A stretch of 64,000 nucleotides of DNA. Origin: Terrimicrobiaceae bacterium (GTDB lineage: Bacteria; Verrucomicrobiota; Verrucomicrobiia; Chthoniobacterales; Terrimicrobiaceae). The notes under the pieces are model-generated. The model had not been told where the DNA came from, made no database searches, and was given only the letters and a program-made list of their open reading frames with translations. The position numbers were made by a program, and so were the translations under genes. Shown one piece after another: positions 51,627 to 60,826 of this stretch. Within the stretch, counting starts at the first letter, position 1. Each line of letters starts with the position of its first letter. Location: NCBI GenBank assembly GCA_044340205.1, contig JBIIUB010000002.1:7125-71124 (forward strand), read 5' to 3'.

Positions 51627-52006
51627 CGAAGATCGATGAGGATTCAAATCCCTGTTGATTCTTCATCCGCGAGTAGCGCGCTGTCGCGCGGTTGCTGTAG
51701 CAGCGTCTCTATGAGCGCCGGAGGGCCCTCCAATTCGGCAGTCATAGACAGCCGCTACAAACCCGCGCGGCAACGCGCTTCGTAATCCAAGGTAGGGATG
51801 CCGCGCCGTCGGCGTCCCAAGATTCAGCCGCAAAGCGGCGTTTCTTCTGGATGCAATGGAGGCTTCGCCACGCAAATGGGTCAGCGACGGCGCGCCGACC
51901 CTACCCTGCATGCACGAGCGCGCTGTCGCGCGGTTGCTGTGGTGGCTTCCGATTCGGCAGTCATAGACAACAGCTACACGAACCGATCAGGATTTTCCCC
52001 TTGTCA
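51627..52006 (+). repeat. Degenerate dispersed/tandem repeat array upstream of tRNA-Glu
   Basis: The 24-nt block agcgcgctgtcgcgcggttgctgt lies at 51675-51698 and 51917-51940. The 18-nt block attcggcagtcatagaca lies at 51733-51750 and 51952-51969. Related tail segments lie at 51627-51658 and 51979-52006. An imperfect long-range inverted repeat sits between the copies: 51791-51811 pairs with 51885-51905. Confidence 0.7.
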
Positions 52007-52043
52007 AAGCGGCTCCGGCGCATAGTATTTACCTCCCCAACAC

Positions 52044-52118
52044 GGCGCCTTCGTCTAGCGGTTAGGACACAGCCCTCTCACGGCTGGTGCACGGGTTCGA
52101 TTCCCGTAGGCGTCGCCA
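52044..52118 (+). tRNA. tRNA-Glu (anticodon CUC), CCA encoded
   Basis: A cloverleaf can be built by hand. The acceptor stem is GGCGCCT/AGGCGTC (one G-U pair). The D-arm is TCGTCTAGCGGTTAGGAC. The anticodon stem CAGCC/GGCTG closes the loop CTCTCAC. The T-arm is CACGGGTTCGATTCCCGTA, followed by a G discriminator and CCA. Confidence 0.9.
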
Positions 52119-52144
52119 TTCTTTCTGAGACTTAGGCGTTCAGG

Positions 52145-52930
52145 TCACTCGGAAGTTTTATAAGTCGCGCGACTTTGAGGGGCGTTAGTTTGGGGAGCGG
52201 CTTTCGTCGATACGGGAGGCTCGACAGGTGATTTCGAGCGAGAACTGCCAAAGGTCGATTCCAACTCGCGAAGAAGGTTTTTTTCGACGCCGCCGGGAGC
52301 CGCAAATCCGCTGCCGGTGAGGACGACAGCCTCGCCGGGATCGACGGATTGCGTTTGACCAGTGATGCTCGTAGCCAGCACACGGCCAGTGGTGACACCG
52401 ATGGCAGCGCGCTCTTTCTGCGAAAGCACAAAAAGCCTCGTGCCCCGGATTCCAGCAATGCCGAGCGAAGTCGAAATTTGAAAATGCGAGTCGGGTTTGA
52501 GGCGAGGAATGTCCAGCATGATCAAACCAGACTTAAGCTCCAGTCGCGTGGATGAACGGCAGGGCTCGCCGCCCACCCTGTTGGCATCGACTTTTTCAAA
52601 ATCAATCGGCGCAGCGCTTGTGAAGCTGGCCACACGCAGTTCCGTAAGCGGCTTCATATCAAGCAGTGAGCCATTGGCAAAAAGGAGGGACAAAAAAGAA
52701 TTTCTCGGCGTCTTCAAGACCGCCCCTTGTGGAATCACATCATTCACCCTCACAACCGGCTTGGAGCCATCCGGCATAATGATCTCCGCCGGAATCCCCC
52801 TAGCCGCATGAATCCGAACCTCTCCAACCTCCGGCAAGGCTGCGGCAAGAGGCATCACCAGCGACAAAAATCCGAGGACGGCGACAAAACAAGCGAGGGG
52901 AAAAACTTTGGTTTTCATAGGTGCATTCAT
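52145..52930 (-). CDS. FecR-domain-like secreted protein with a Pro/Ser-rich tail
   Basis: 261 aa with a signal peptide. VIPQGAVLKTPRNSFLSLLFANGSLLDMKPLTELRV resembles the FecR (PF04773) core. No ECF sigma factor gene is adjacent. Confidence 0.55.
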   Translation of the reverse strand: MNAPMKTKVFPLACFVAVLGFLSLVMPLAAALPEVGEVRIHAARGIPAEIIMPDGSKPVVRVNDVIPQGAVLKTPRNSFLSLLFANGSLLDMKPLTELRVASFTSAAPIDFEKVDANRVGGEPCRSSTRLELKSGLIMLDIPRLKPDSHFQISTSLGIAGIRGTRLFVLSQKERAAIGVTTGRVLATSITGQTQSVDPGEAVVLTGSGFAAPGGVEKNLLRELESTFGSSRSKSPVEPPVSTKAAPQTNAPQSRATYKTSE

Positions 52931-52970
52931 CCATTCCTGTAAATTCTGTTAATTTTGTCTAAAAACACAT

Positions 52971-55900
52971 CTACGAACGCATCAAACCTCCAAGGGTTGC
53001 CATTTCCATAAGGGCTTTTTCGAAACCTTCGACGAAGCGCTTTTCATCCATAAGAACGGACTGGCGCATGCGTTCGCGCATTCCGGCGCGGAGTTCCTGA
53101 AGACGGTCGATTTGAGCCGCCAGCGCGACGGCTTTTTCGATGTAGGCTTCACGCGTATCGGTGATGAATTCCTGCAAGCCGACGGCGCTCAGCAGACTCA
53201 CGCCGACGCGGGAGACATGGGTTTTACCCGCTCGCGTGACGACTGGACATCCCATCCACATCGCCTCGCAGCTCGTCGTGGTGCCGTGATACGGGAAGCT
53301 GTCGAGGGCGATATCCACCGAGTGGTAGTGGTTCAAGTGATCAGCGATTTTTTTGGTGTGGCCAAAGAAATCGAGCCGCCCCTCTTCGATACCGCGCTCG
53401 GTGAAATAGGATTTTAGTTCCTTGCGCACGCCGTCGTCCGTAAGCGTGCGGGCTTTCAAGCGTAGATGCGAACCCGGGACGCGGAGCAGGATTTCCGCCC
53501 ATGTCTCGAAGAGAGCAGGGTTCAGCTTTGCCATGTTGTTGAAGCAGCCGAAGGTCACAAAGCCGTTTTTCAAAGCAGGCAACGGCTCGACCTCTGGCGC
53601 GGAGGCATCTGGCTCAAAGCACCAGGCGCATTCAGGCACTCGGATGAGTTTTTCTGTGTGCAGATGCTCGGTTGTTCCCTGCGGATCGGCAAAAGCATCG
53701 GTGATGCGGAAATCAATCGTCGGCAGGCCTGTTGTGCCTGGGTATCCTAAATAACTCACCTGCAGCGGCGCGGGTTTAAGGGCAAAAACACCAAGGCGGT
53801 TGTAGGCCGTGTGACCTGCCAACTCGAAGAGAATGTCCACTCGATCTTCATGAATGAGCTTCGCCAGTGCGCGGTCATCGTAGCTTGAGGTCTCGCGCCA
53901 CAAGTCCACCTGCTTCGCAAAGCGGGCTGAGAATTCGTCCGATTTCCGCTGGTCACCATAGGCCACAAACTCGAAACGCTCGCGGTCATAGCCTCGGAAG
54001 ATCGGCTCGATGAAATGCGCCACGGGATGATGGCACAGGTCAGCCGACAGGAATCCCACGCGAATTTTCGCCCCTGCCTCGCGCGGCTTGAACTTGAATG
54101 CTGGCGGAAATTTTTTGGCCGTGGAGATGCCCCATTTTTTGTGCTCCTCGAAGACCAGTTTCGAATCCATGTCGGGGATATACATGTGGCAGAGCAAATA
54201 GTTGCTCGGCGCGTCGCGGTCGTCGGGATTCAGCTCCATCGACTTCCGGTATTGAGGCAAAGCATCCATGCCACGGGCGCGATCCTTGAGAAGGTTGCCA
54301 ATGTTGTTTCGTGCGGTTGGTAGTTTGGGATTTTTCTCCACCGCCTGCTCAAAGCACTCCAGGGCCTCGGAGTTCAGACCGAGCTCCAGAGCGGCCGCGC
54401 CGAGGTTGTTGAGATAGGAAACATTCGAGGGATCCATCTTCACCGCCGCATGGAAGGCCATGATCGCATCGCCTCCTTTGCGGAGATCCTTGTAAATCAC
54501 GCCGCGATTACACTGGAGCGCCGCCGTGTTGTAGCCCATCGACAGGGCTTTTTCATAATGCACAAGCGCTTCTTGGAAGCGTTTGCTCATGTGCAGCGCG
54601 AGGCCGTATTCGTAGTGATAGTCGCTCAGCTGCCCCGGCAGCGAAATCGCTTTTGCCAAGGCAGGAATCGCCTCGGAGTAACGCTTGAGGCCATTCAGCA
54701 GCTTACCTTGGCGGAACCACACAAAACCCACATTCGGATTCATGCGCGAGGCCTTGCCATAAGCCGCCAGCGCGTCCACATACCGAGCATTCTGCTCGAG
54801 CAAAATCGCCAGATTCGTCTGAAACTCCACCGAGTCAGGCTTAAGCGCGCAAGCCTTCCGAATCTGCGAAATCGCATCCTTGCCTCGCCCGAATTTTTGC
54901 AGCGCCGTGGCATAGTGCGAAAACCCCTCCGCATAATCTTTCCGCAACCTCAAAGCATCCTGAAAAGCCTCGAGCGAAGCCGACTTATCGTCCTTCTCCG
55001 CCAATATCCGCCCGAGCAGCACAAGCCCCTCCGGCGAATCCGGCGCCATCTCCAAAGCGCGCCGCACCTGCTGCTCCGCAGGCTCCAATTCCTTCTTCCG
55101 CAGAAAAACCTCGGCCAACTCGCGCACAAACTCCGCATTCTGCGAGTTCAAATCGCAAGCCACAGACGCAAACTCACCCGCCGTCTCCAAATCCCCCTGC
55201 AATGCCGCCATCTTACCCATCAAATGCCAGGCCCCTGCACACCGCTCATCCTTGCCGAGAATCTCGCGACAGATGTCCTCGGCATCAGAAAGTCGGCCCT
55301 CGTTAAACGCCGTCTGCGCGTCTTGAAGTGTTGCGTTACTTGACATCAAACGAGACTCATCCGAACTGGTGTGCTGTAGTTGGTTTGTTCCATTTTTTAA
55401 CGAAATCAAATCCTCTGCAATAGATTCAATACGAACCACAGAGTTTGTGACGGAAAACTGCATCGCCCGTTTTTGCGAGTTGTTTTGGAGCTTATCGCGC
55501 AGTTCTTTATTAGTGGCCAATGCCACAAGGGTTTGAGCTAGAGCAACAGCATTTCCCTTCTCAAAGACAAGGCCGTCGATTCCATGCCTGATAACCTCTT
55601 GGGTTCCACCAGTTCCAGATGTAATTACAATCAAACCGGAGGCCATGGCTTCAACCTGACTAATTCCAAATGCCTCGGGAACCTGTGTTGGAAACACAAG
55701 AACATTGCAGCGGGCAAACAAAGCGGCAAGGCCTTGGCGATCTAAAAAACCATTGAAGCGAACTTTGGCCCCCATGCCATTATTTTGAGCGAATTCCATC
55801 AACGTTCGGATGTAGCCTTCATCCGTGGAGTCACCGGCAAAATCAGCCTCAAATTCAATACCCGATTGTTGCAATATGTTTAAGGCACCCATTAACACAT

Positions 55901-58457
55901 GGCCCCCCTTGTAAGGCATGACAAGACCAGCGAATGCGATTCTCAGTCGACGAATATCGGGAAGGAACTGCTTGAAGAAGCGGTCCACGCGTGCCCCTGG
56001 ATAGACAGTGCTGAGCTTGGAAACTTTGTAGCCTTGTTCCAGAAGGTTTTTCCCCAGCCAATCGCTTGCCGGAGCGATCCTGTAAAGTGGCGATTCAATA
56101 CTGTCTTGCGGGTGATAACCTGGTGTTTGGTTCCCAAGCGAATGAAGAACTGGAATTTTTGTTGATACTAAAGCCTTAAGAATATCAATCCCAATAAAAT
56201 CGAAGTTTCCCAACAAGACGAAATCCGGCTTGAATGAGGTAACGGCAGCAAGAACTTTTTCCTTGTTCGCTTCAGCAGCGCGACGGAGAAATGTTAAGTC
56301 CCCGAGTTGCTGAGTTTTTCCGTTTTTCCATTCTCCCTGAAGCACCAGACTTCTTTCCACAAGCGGCTCCAAATCCGGTTCTCCCGCATCCGCTGCTTTC
56401 TGAAGATAGTGAGCATCGCCTGTGAGAATTTTTAAGCGATGTCCGCGCTTGCAAAGGCCATTGGAAAATTCCCAGATTTTTCGCCCATAACCTCCCAGCT
56501 CCTGAGGAGGAAAGAGGTTTGTAACAACCAAAATAGAATAAGCAGCTGTTGGCAAAGGAGGAGCGCCTCCCGAAACAGCTTCCTTATATTGTGTAAAATG
56601 ATTGGCGGCGAGAAATTTGCATTCTAAATCTTCCCGCAATGTATTGATTTCCGGAGGCAGAGCTTGAATTCGATGCGCCTCATGTAGCAAAATAGCGGCA
56701 TCCTCCTCGGCCCCCGCTTGAACGCAGAGGTCAGCAAGTTGGAAAAGGGCCGAGAGACAGTTGCGATTCAAAAACAAAGCCCGTAGCAAGGTATCGCGCC
56801 GCAATTCTTGTAACCCAAGCGCATCGCATGCATCAGCCACTTCCAGCGCCTCGGTATCGTTTATGCACTTGTCCAAACATTCCTCAAGCAATGGTCTCGC
56901 TGCCTCACAGTCCAAATTCCGCACATTTTGGACTATTTCAGAAAACGAGACTGCGCAATCTAGGTTATCCTCCTTTTTCTGGATGAGACTTATGTTTGTT
57001 GGAATATACTGCGAAAATTCTCGGCCTTCAAAATCACACGTTATCATTGAACTGGGGTTCAGCCATATCCCTGGTGTTTTGCCAAGCAGATTTTCATCTT
57101 TTGGATCACAGATTCTTAGTGATAATGAATGACCCCTAGACATTTCTTCATTTACCGAGCATGATTGAGAGTTCCCGATCCAAACTATACACTCTCCTTG
57201 CTCTGGCGACGGAATTGATAAATCAACTGGCGCTGACTCTAAAACTGTAACACGCGGAAGAATTTTTACATAGTCTTTGATATACTCTGCAACTTTGGTT
57301 TCCCCTTGTATGAAAATGAATAGGCGTTTGCATAGTCGGTGCAACTCTTGAACTATTTCGTAGCCATAGCATGCTGTAACTGCATTAGGATTAAGGTTTA
57401 TTTTTCGTTGCGGATGTAGGGTTTCCGACAAATTGGAGGCTAATTGATTTGTGTTTTCACAATAGTCTTGAAGACTCTTGTTAAGTGTCGGCGTTATGCG
57501 ATGGAGAAGACTATTCCCAGCTCGGGCAATCGCACGCACTTCATCTGGTTTATTTAAAACAAATTCAAGGACATCCACCGCCTCCTCTTCGTCTCGGTAA
57601 ATCAAACAATTCTCACCATTTCTGAGGTGCGGGCCTAGTTCAGATTTTTCAGAGAGTGGATCGGTTATTAAGCATGTTTCACAGAGCAAAGGCGCGTAGG
57701 ACTGAACCGATGGAAAACCATTGAGGCTGCATGTAAATGAGGCAATATCTTTAGACAGACTCTCAAGCCATTTTATCGGTTGCAGTCTAGGCTTAAAATC
57801 TAACGCCACAGATCCCCTCGAGCTACTCATTATTTTCTTTAGAATATAGCTCCTCTCGGGATGAAACAGATCCGAAATCGCTCCATAATAGCAGGCATGC
57901 AACCCTCGCTTCCCGGCAGGATTCATCACGAGTCCACTAGTGTCATTAGGCGTATAACAAAGAGGGTATGCATTTAAGCCAAGGCAATCTGCAAAAATTT
58001 TTCGGTGCGGAGAGTGTGAAACAAATACCATGCTTGCCCCTACCTCGCTTATGTAAGCAATAGCAGAGTTGACTGGGTTTGACATGTGGTGAGTATCAGC
58101 AACAAAGCATTGGATAGGCATTGATGCAGCATTCAACTCCTTCCTATTGGGCAATCTGTCTCCTTCGACCACGATCGAAACAACTGGATTATGGCTGATA
58201 CACTTCTTAGCCAGAAATTCTCGCAATGCTCCCCATTTTATTAAAGCCGAAGGAATGGCATATAGATCCATCGTTCCATTCTTAAAATGTCTAAAATTTT
58301 TGATCGTAGGTCCGTAGAATACACAGCGTCTATATGCCAAGCCGTGAGCAAACCACCACTTATGAATTCCTACAAAAATCGTATTTAGCTCTTCCTCTGG
58401 AAGCCAAAAGTAAAAAACTATGGCATCAAAGGATAACTTGGCATTGATAGTACTCAT
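52971..58457 (-). CDS. 1828-aa multidomain glycosyltransferase: CgeB-like GT module + helical linker + GT4 + TPR array + GT41 (SPINDLY/O-GlcNAc-transferase-like) domain
   Basis: aa 1-340 are Glyco_trans_1_2-like (...LITDPLSEKSELGPHLRNGENCLIYRDEEEAVDVLEFVLNKPDEVRAIARAG). aa ~640-1010 are GT4 (YSILVVTNLFPPQELGGYGRKIWEF...EAFGISQVEAMASGLIVITSGTGGTQEVI). aa ~1040-1440 hold about 10 TPR units. aa ~1440-1828 are GT41-like (IRVGFLSADLCHHPVAHFIEPIF...VSYLGYPGTTGLPTIDFRITD...CFNNMAKLNP...FPYHGTTTSCEAMWMGCPVVT). Confidence 0.85.
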   Translation of the reverse strand: MSTINAKLSFDAIVFYFWLPEEELNTIFVGIHKWWFAHGLAYRRCVFYGPTIKNFRHFKNGTMDLYAIPSALIKWGALREFLAKKCISHNPVVSIVVEGDRLPNRKELNAASMPIQCFVADTHHMSNPVNSAIAYISEVGASMVFVSHSPHRKIFADCLGLNAYPLCYTPNDTSGLVMNPAGKRGLHACYYGAISDLFHPERSYILKKIMSSSRGSVALDFKPRLQPIKWLESLSKDIASFTCSLNGFPSVQSYAPLLCETCLITDPLSEKSELGPHLRNGENCLIYRDEEEAVDVLEFVLNKPDEVRAIARAGNSLLHRITPTLNKSLQDYCENTNQLASNLSETLHPQRKINLNPNAVTACYGYEIVQELHRLCKRLFIFIQGETKVAEYIKDYVKILPRVTVLESAPVDLSIPSPEQGECIVWIGNSQSCSVNEEMSRGHSLSLRICDPKDENLLGKTPGIWLNPSSMITCDFEGREFSQYIPTNISLIQKKEDNLDCAVSFSEIVQNVRNLDCEAARPLLEECLDKCINDTEALEVADACDALGLQELRRDTLLRALFLNRNCLSALFQLADLCVQAGAEEDAAILLHEAHRIQALPPEINTLREDLECKFLAANHFTQYKEAVSGGAPPLPTAAYSILVVTNLFPPQELGGYGRKIWEFSNGLCKRGHRLKILTGDAHYLQKAADAGEPDLEPLVERSLVLQGEWKNGKTQQLGDLTFLRRAAEANKEKVLAAVTSFKPDFVLLGNFDFIGIDILKALVSTKIPVLHSLGNQTPGYHPQDSIESPLYRIAPASDWLGKNLLEQGYKVSKLSTVYPGARVDRFFKQFLPDIRRLRIAFAGLVMPYKGGHVLMGALNILQQSGIEFEADFAGDSTDEGYIRTLMEFAQNNGMGAKVRFNGFLDRQGLAALFARCNVLVFPTQVPEAFGISQVEAMASGLIVITSGTGGTQEVIRHGIDGLVFEKGNAVALAQTLVALATNKELRDKLQNNSQKRAMQFSVTNSVVRIESIAEDLISLKNGTNQLQHTSSDESRLMSSNATLQDAQTAFNEGRLSDAEDICREILGKDERCAGAWHLMGKMAALQGDLETAGEFASVACDLNSQNAEFVRELAEVFLRKKELEPAEQQVRRALEMAPDSPEGLVLLGRILAEKDDKSASLEAFQDALRLRKDYAEGFSHYATALQKFGRGKDAISQIRKACALKPDSVEFQTNLAILLEQNARYVDALAAYGKASRMNPNVGFVWFRQGKLLNGLKRYSEAIPALAKAISLPGQLSDYHYEYGLALHMSKRFQEALVHYEKALSMGYNTAALQCNRGVIYKDLRKGGDAIMAFHAAVKMDPSNVSYLNNLGAAALELGLNSEALECFEQAVEKNPKLPTARNNIGNLLKDRARGMDALPQYRKSMELNPDDRDAPSNYLLCHMYIPDMDSKLVFEEHKKWGISTAKKFPPAFKFKPREAGAKIRVGFLSADLCHHPVAHFIEPIFRGYDRERFEFVAYGDQRKSDEFSARFAKQVDLWRETSSYDDRALAKLIHEDRVDILFELAGHTAYNRLGVFALKPAPLQVSYLGYPGTTGLPTIDFRITDAFADPQGTTEHLHTEKLIRVPECAWCFEPDASAPEVEPLPALKNGFVTFGCFNNMAKLNPALFETWAEILLRVPGSHLRLKARTLTDDGVRKELKSYFTERGIEEGRLDFFGHTKKIADHLNHYHSVDIALDSFPYHGTTTSCEAMWMGCPVVTRAGKTHVSRVGVSLLSAVGLQEFITDTREAYIEKAVALAAQIDRLQELRAGMRERMRQSVLMDEKRFVEGFEKALMEMATLGGLMRS

Positions 58458-58481
58458 ATTACGTTATTTAGATATAAGTTA

Positions 58482-59591
58482 TTATATGCTGTTGATTATG
58501 CTACAGATATCAGCAACAATTTCTGCAGTTATGCTCTGACCTGTCGGTAACACGATCACCCTCGCAGCGACACGCTCGGTTTCCGCTAAAAGCAGACCGG
58601 CATTAGGTTGCAGGGACCGATACGGTTCCATCTTGTGGCAACCTGGCCAGAAGTATTTGCGGGCGATGATGTTATTTGCATGAAGCGCTTCCACAATTTG
58701 GTCGCGGTTGCGCCGGCAGACCTCGGGATCAACTTCAATAACTATATACTGGTAGTTGTTGAGCTCAGCCGGATCGTAATCGATCACCGAAATGCCAGGC
58801 AACTCAGCTAAACCGGCTTTGTAGGCTTCATAATTTCGGCGGTTCACCGAAATGATTTCATCCATAGCCTCAAAATTTGTCAGGCCCATGGCTGCGTGTA
58901 TTTCACTCATCTTTCCATTCACGCCCAGATAAACCACCTTGTCAAAATCCACGAAACCGAAATTCCGCATCAAACGCATTTTTTCAGCCAAGTCGTCGTT
59001 GTTTGTTACTACTGCACCACCTTCGAAACAGTTCAAGAACTTCGTCGCATGAAAGCTGAAAACCTCGCACTCGCCAAAAGTCCCGAGCATGCGCCCTCCC
59101 TTTGTGCAGCCAAACCCGTGCGAGGCGTCATACATAACCTTGAGATTTCGCTTGGCCGCGATTTCTTCGATCACCTCGGTTTCGCAACCTCTTCCCCAAA
59201 CATGCACGCCGACGATTCCGGTCGTTCTTGGCGTGATCAATCGCTCAATCTTGGTCGGATCGATATTGTGCGTCGCGGGATTCATGTCGCAAAAAACCGG
59301 CGTGATTTCCTGCCATTGCAAGGCATGGGCCGTGGCCACGAATGTGTAGCTTGGCACGATCACCTCGCCCTTCAAATCCAACGCCCGACATGCGATCTCA
59401 AGCGCCACCGTCGCATTGCACATCGCCACCACATTCTTGACTCCTAAGAAGCCGGCAACCTTTTCTTCAAATTCCTTCAGCAACGGCCCGTCATTCGAGA
59501 GCCAGCGCCGGTCCAAAATCCCGTTCACGCGCTCCAGAAAACGCTCCCTGTCACCGATATTCGGCCGACCGACATAAAGTTTGTTATTCAT
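58482..59591 (-). CDS. DegT/DnrJ/EryC1/StrS-family PLP-dependent sugar aminotransferase
   Basis: 369 aa. The motifs are EFEEKVAGFLGVKNVVAMCNATVALEIA, PSYTFVATAHAL and FSFHATKFLNCFEGGAVV (Lys for PLP). Confidence 0.9.
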   Translation of the reverse strand: MNNKLYVGRPNIGDRERFLERVNGILDRRWLSNDGPLLKEFEEKVAGFLGVKNVVAMCNATVALEIACRALDLKGEVIVPSYTFVATAHALQWQEITPVFCDMNPATHNIDPTKIERLITPRTTGIVGVHVWGRGCETEVIEEIAAKRNLKVMYDASHGFGCTKGGRMLGTFGECEVFSFHATKFLNCFEGGAVVTNNDDLAEKMRLMRNFGFVDFDKVVYLGVNGKMSEIHAAMGLTNFEAMDEIISVNRRNYEAYKAGLAELPGISVIDYDPAELNNYQYIVIEVDPEVCRRNRDQIVEALHANNIIARKYFWPGCHKMEPYRSLQPNAGLLLAETERVAARVIVLPTGQSITAEIVADICSIINSI

Positions 59592-59630
59592 TAAAAACAG
59601 ATTGCTGAGGGTTTTACTGGCGCTCTTGGA

Positions 59631-60374
59631 TCACTTACCTTTCTCACAAAGCAGAAAAATGCTCGCGCAAAGGTCTGGATAAACCTGCCCGAGCGCATAA
59701 CACCCATCCAAGTATTCCTGCGAAATCACATCCGTATTGAGAATCTTATCCCATTGGAAATTTGCGAGCGCCTTGAAAAAAATCCCCGAGCGCTGCACCA
59801 CCCGCAATCCCGCAGCGACGGCATCCCGCTCCAGCGTGTCGAGCGAATAGGTTCGATGGTGGCCATGCTTAGCTTCACCGGGAGTGATTGCGGAATTGTG
59901 AGAAATCAACCCCATCTTGACCGCAATTTGCCGCGAGGGTGCATTCGCATTCGGGCAAACCAAAAACAACCGCCCCTTGTCGGATAACCACTCGTCATTG
60001 ATCCGGCGCAGCACGCCCACCGCATCATCCACATGCTCCAAGACATGGGTGAGGAAAATGTTATCGAACTTATCATTAAGCTGAAGGGTTTCGAACATTC
60101 CCTCGATAAACTGAACCCTTTCAGGCAGGCGTGTTTTAGCATCCTCGATGGCAATTTTCGACGCTTCGACGCATGTCATGGTATCGAAAATTCCCAATAA
60201 CCTTTTGGTGAAATCTCCCTTGAAACTTCCCAACTCCAACGCATTGCCCGAGACGAGCAGCGGCTTGAACGCTTCGATCATATAGTGGTGCATCACATCG
60301 AAGTCGAAGTTATATGCATATTTGCGCCCGACGCCGTCATCGAACTCCTTGTTGAAATCGCGGTTCATGTTCAT
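59631..60374 (-). CDS. Class I SAM-dependent methyltransferase
   Basis: 247 aa. It has ALELGSFKGDFTKRL (motif I-like) and FDNIFLTHVLEHVDD. Confidence 0.8.
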   Translation of the reverse strand: MNMNRDFNKEFDDGVGRKYAYNFDFDVMHHYMIEAFKPLLVSGNALELGSFKGDFTKRLLGIFDTMTCVEASKIAIEDAKTRLPERVQFIEGMFETLQLNDKFDNIFLTHVLEHVDDAVGVLRRINDEWLSDKGRLFLVCPNANAPSRQIAVKMGLISHNSAITPGEAKHGHHRTYSLDTLERDAVAAGLRVVQRSGIFFKALANFQWDKILNTDVISQEYLDGCYALGQVYPDLCASIFLLCEKGK

Positions 60375-60826
60375 GTGTTTTTTAATTGTAAACTCATCTT
60401 TAAGAAACCACTTTTTCCACCCCCAATCGGCTGGAACCCGTGTTTTCGGTAAAATCCGCAGGCATGCTGATCGTTCTGTCCAACTTCCAGCACAAGGCCG
60501 TTCAGTCCCTTCGCCAAAGCGGCATCAAAGCAATCTTGCATGAGACGAGAAGCTATGCCTTTGCCTTCAAAATCGCCGCATATGCTCACGCTCGATATAA
60601 ATCCCTCGAATGTATTAGAATTACTTAGGTAGGCTGCAACAAGTCCGATGAGGCGGTCCGATTCCCAGGCTTCGAACCGGTCAGCTAATGTTGAAAGTTT
60701 TTGCGCGTAATCGGGAAGTAAAACCCTTGAGGAAATAGGTGGCGCAAACCGCATATCGCATTCGCGAAGGTGATTTTCAATCGATGCCGCATCAGCGGTG
60801 TCGTTTGTAATACGCAGGGAATTCAT
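60371..60826 (-). CDS. GNAT-family N-acetyltransferase
   Basis: 151 aa. It has GKGIASRLMQDCFDAALAKGLNGLVLEV...ACGFYRKHGF. ATGA overlaps join it to both neighbours. Confidence 0.8.
   Translation of the reverse strand: MNSLRITNDTADAASIENHLRECDMRFAPPISSRVLLPDYAQKLSTLADRFEAWESDRLIGLVAAYLSNSNTFEGFISSVSICGDFEGKGIASRLMQDCFDAALAKGLNGLVLEVGQNDQHACGFYRKHGFQPIGGGKSGFLKMSLQLKNT

Noticed and set aside
51641-51655. tRNA T-arm-like string ggattcaaatccc, considered as a tRNA fragment or attachment-site remnant of an integrated element
   Set aside because: I could not build a T-stem or acceptor stem around it, and it does not match the 3' end of the adjacent tRNA-Glu. It aligns instead with the tail module of the local repeat family (51979-52006).
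51603-52135. Short ORFs in the leuS to tRNA spacer (51603..51785, 51663..51911, 51798..52025, 51851..52135)
   Set aside because: They overlap one another in several frames and on both strands. They are Arg/Ser/Ala-rich, run into the tRNA gene and coincide with repeat blocks, so I treat them as non-coding.
54450-55343. 297-aa plus-strand ORF
   Set aside because: It is antisense to the TPR array of the giant glycosyltransferase. The translation is an Arg/Leu/Gln-rich mirror of the TPR codons.
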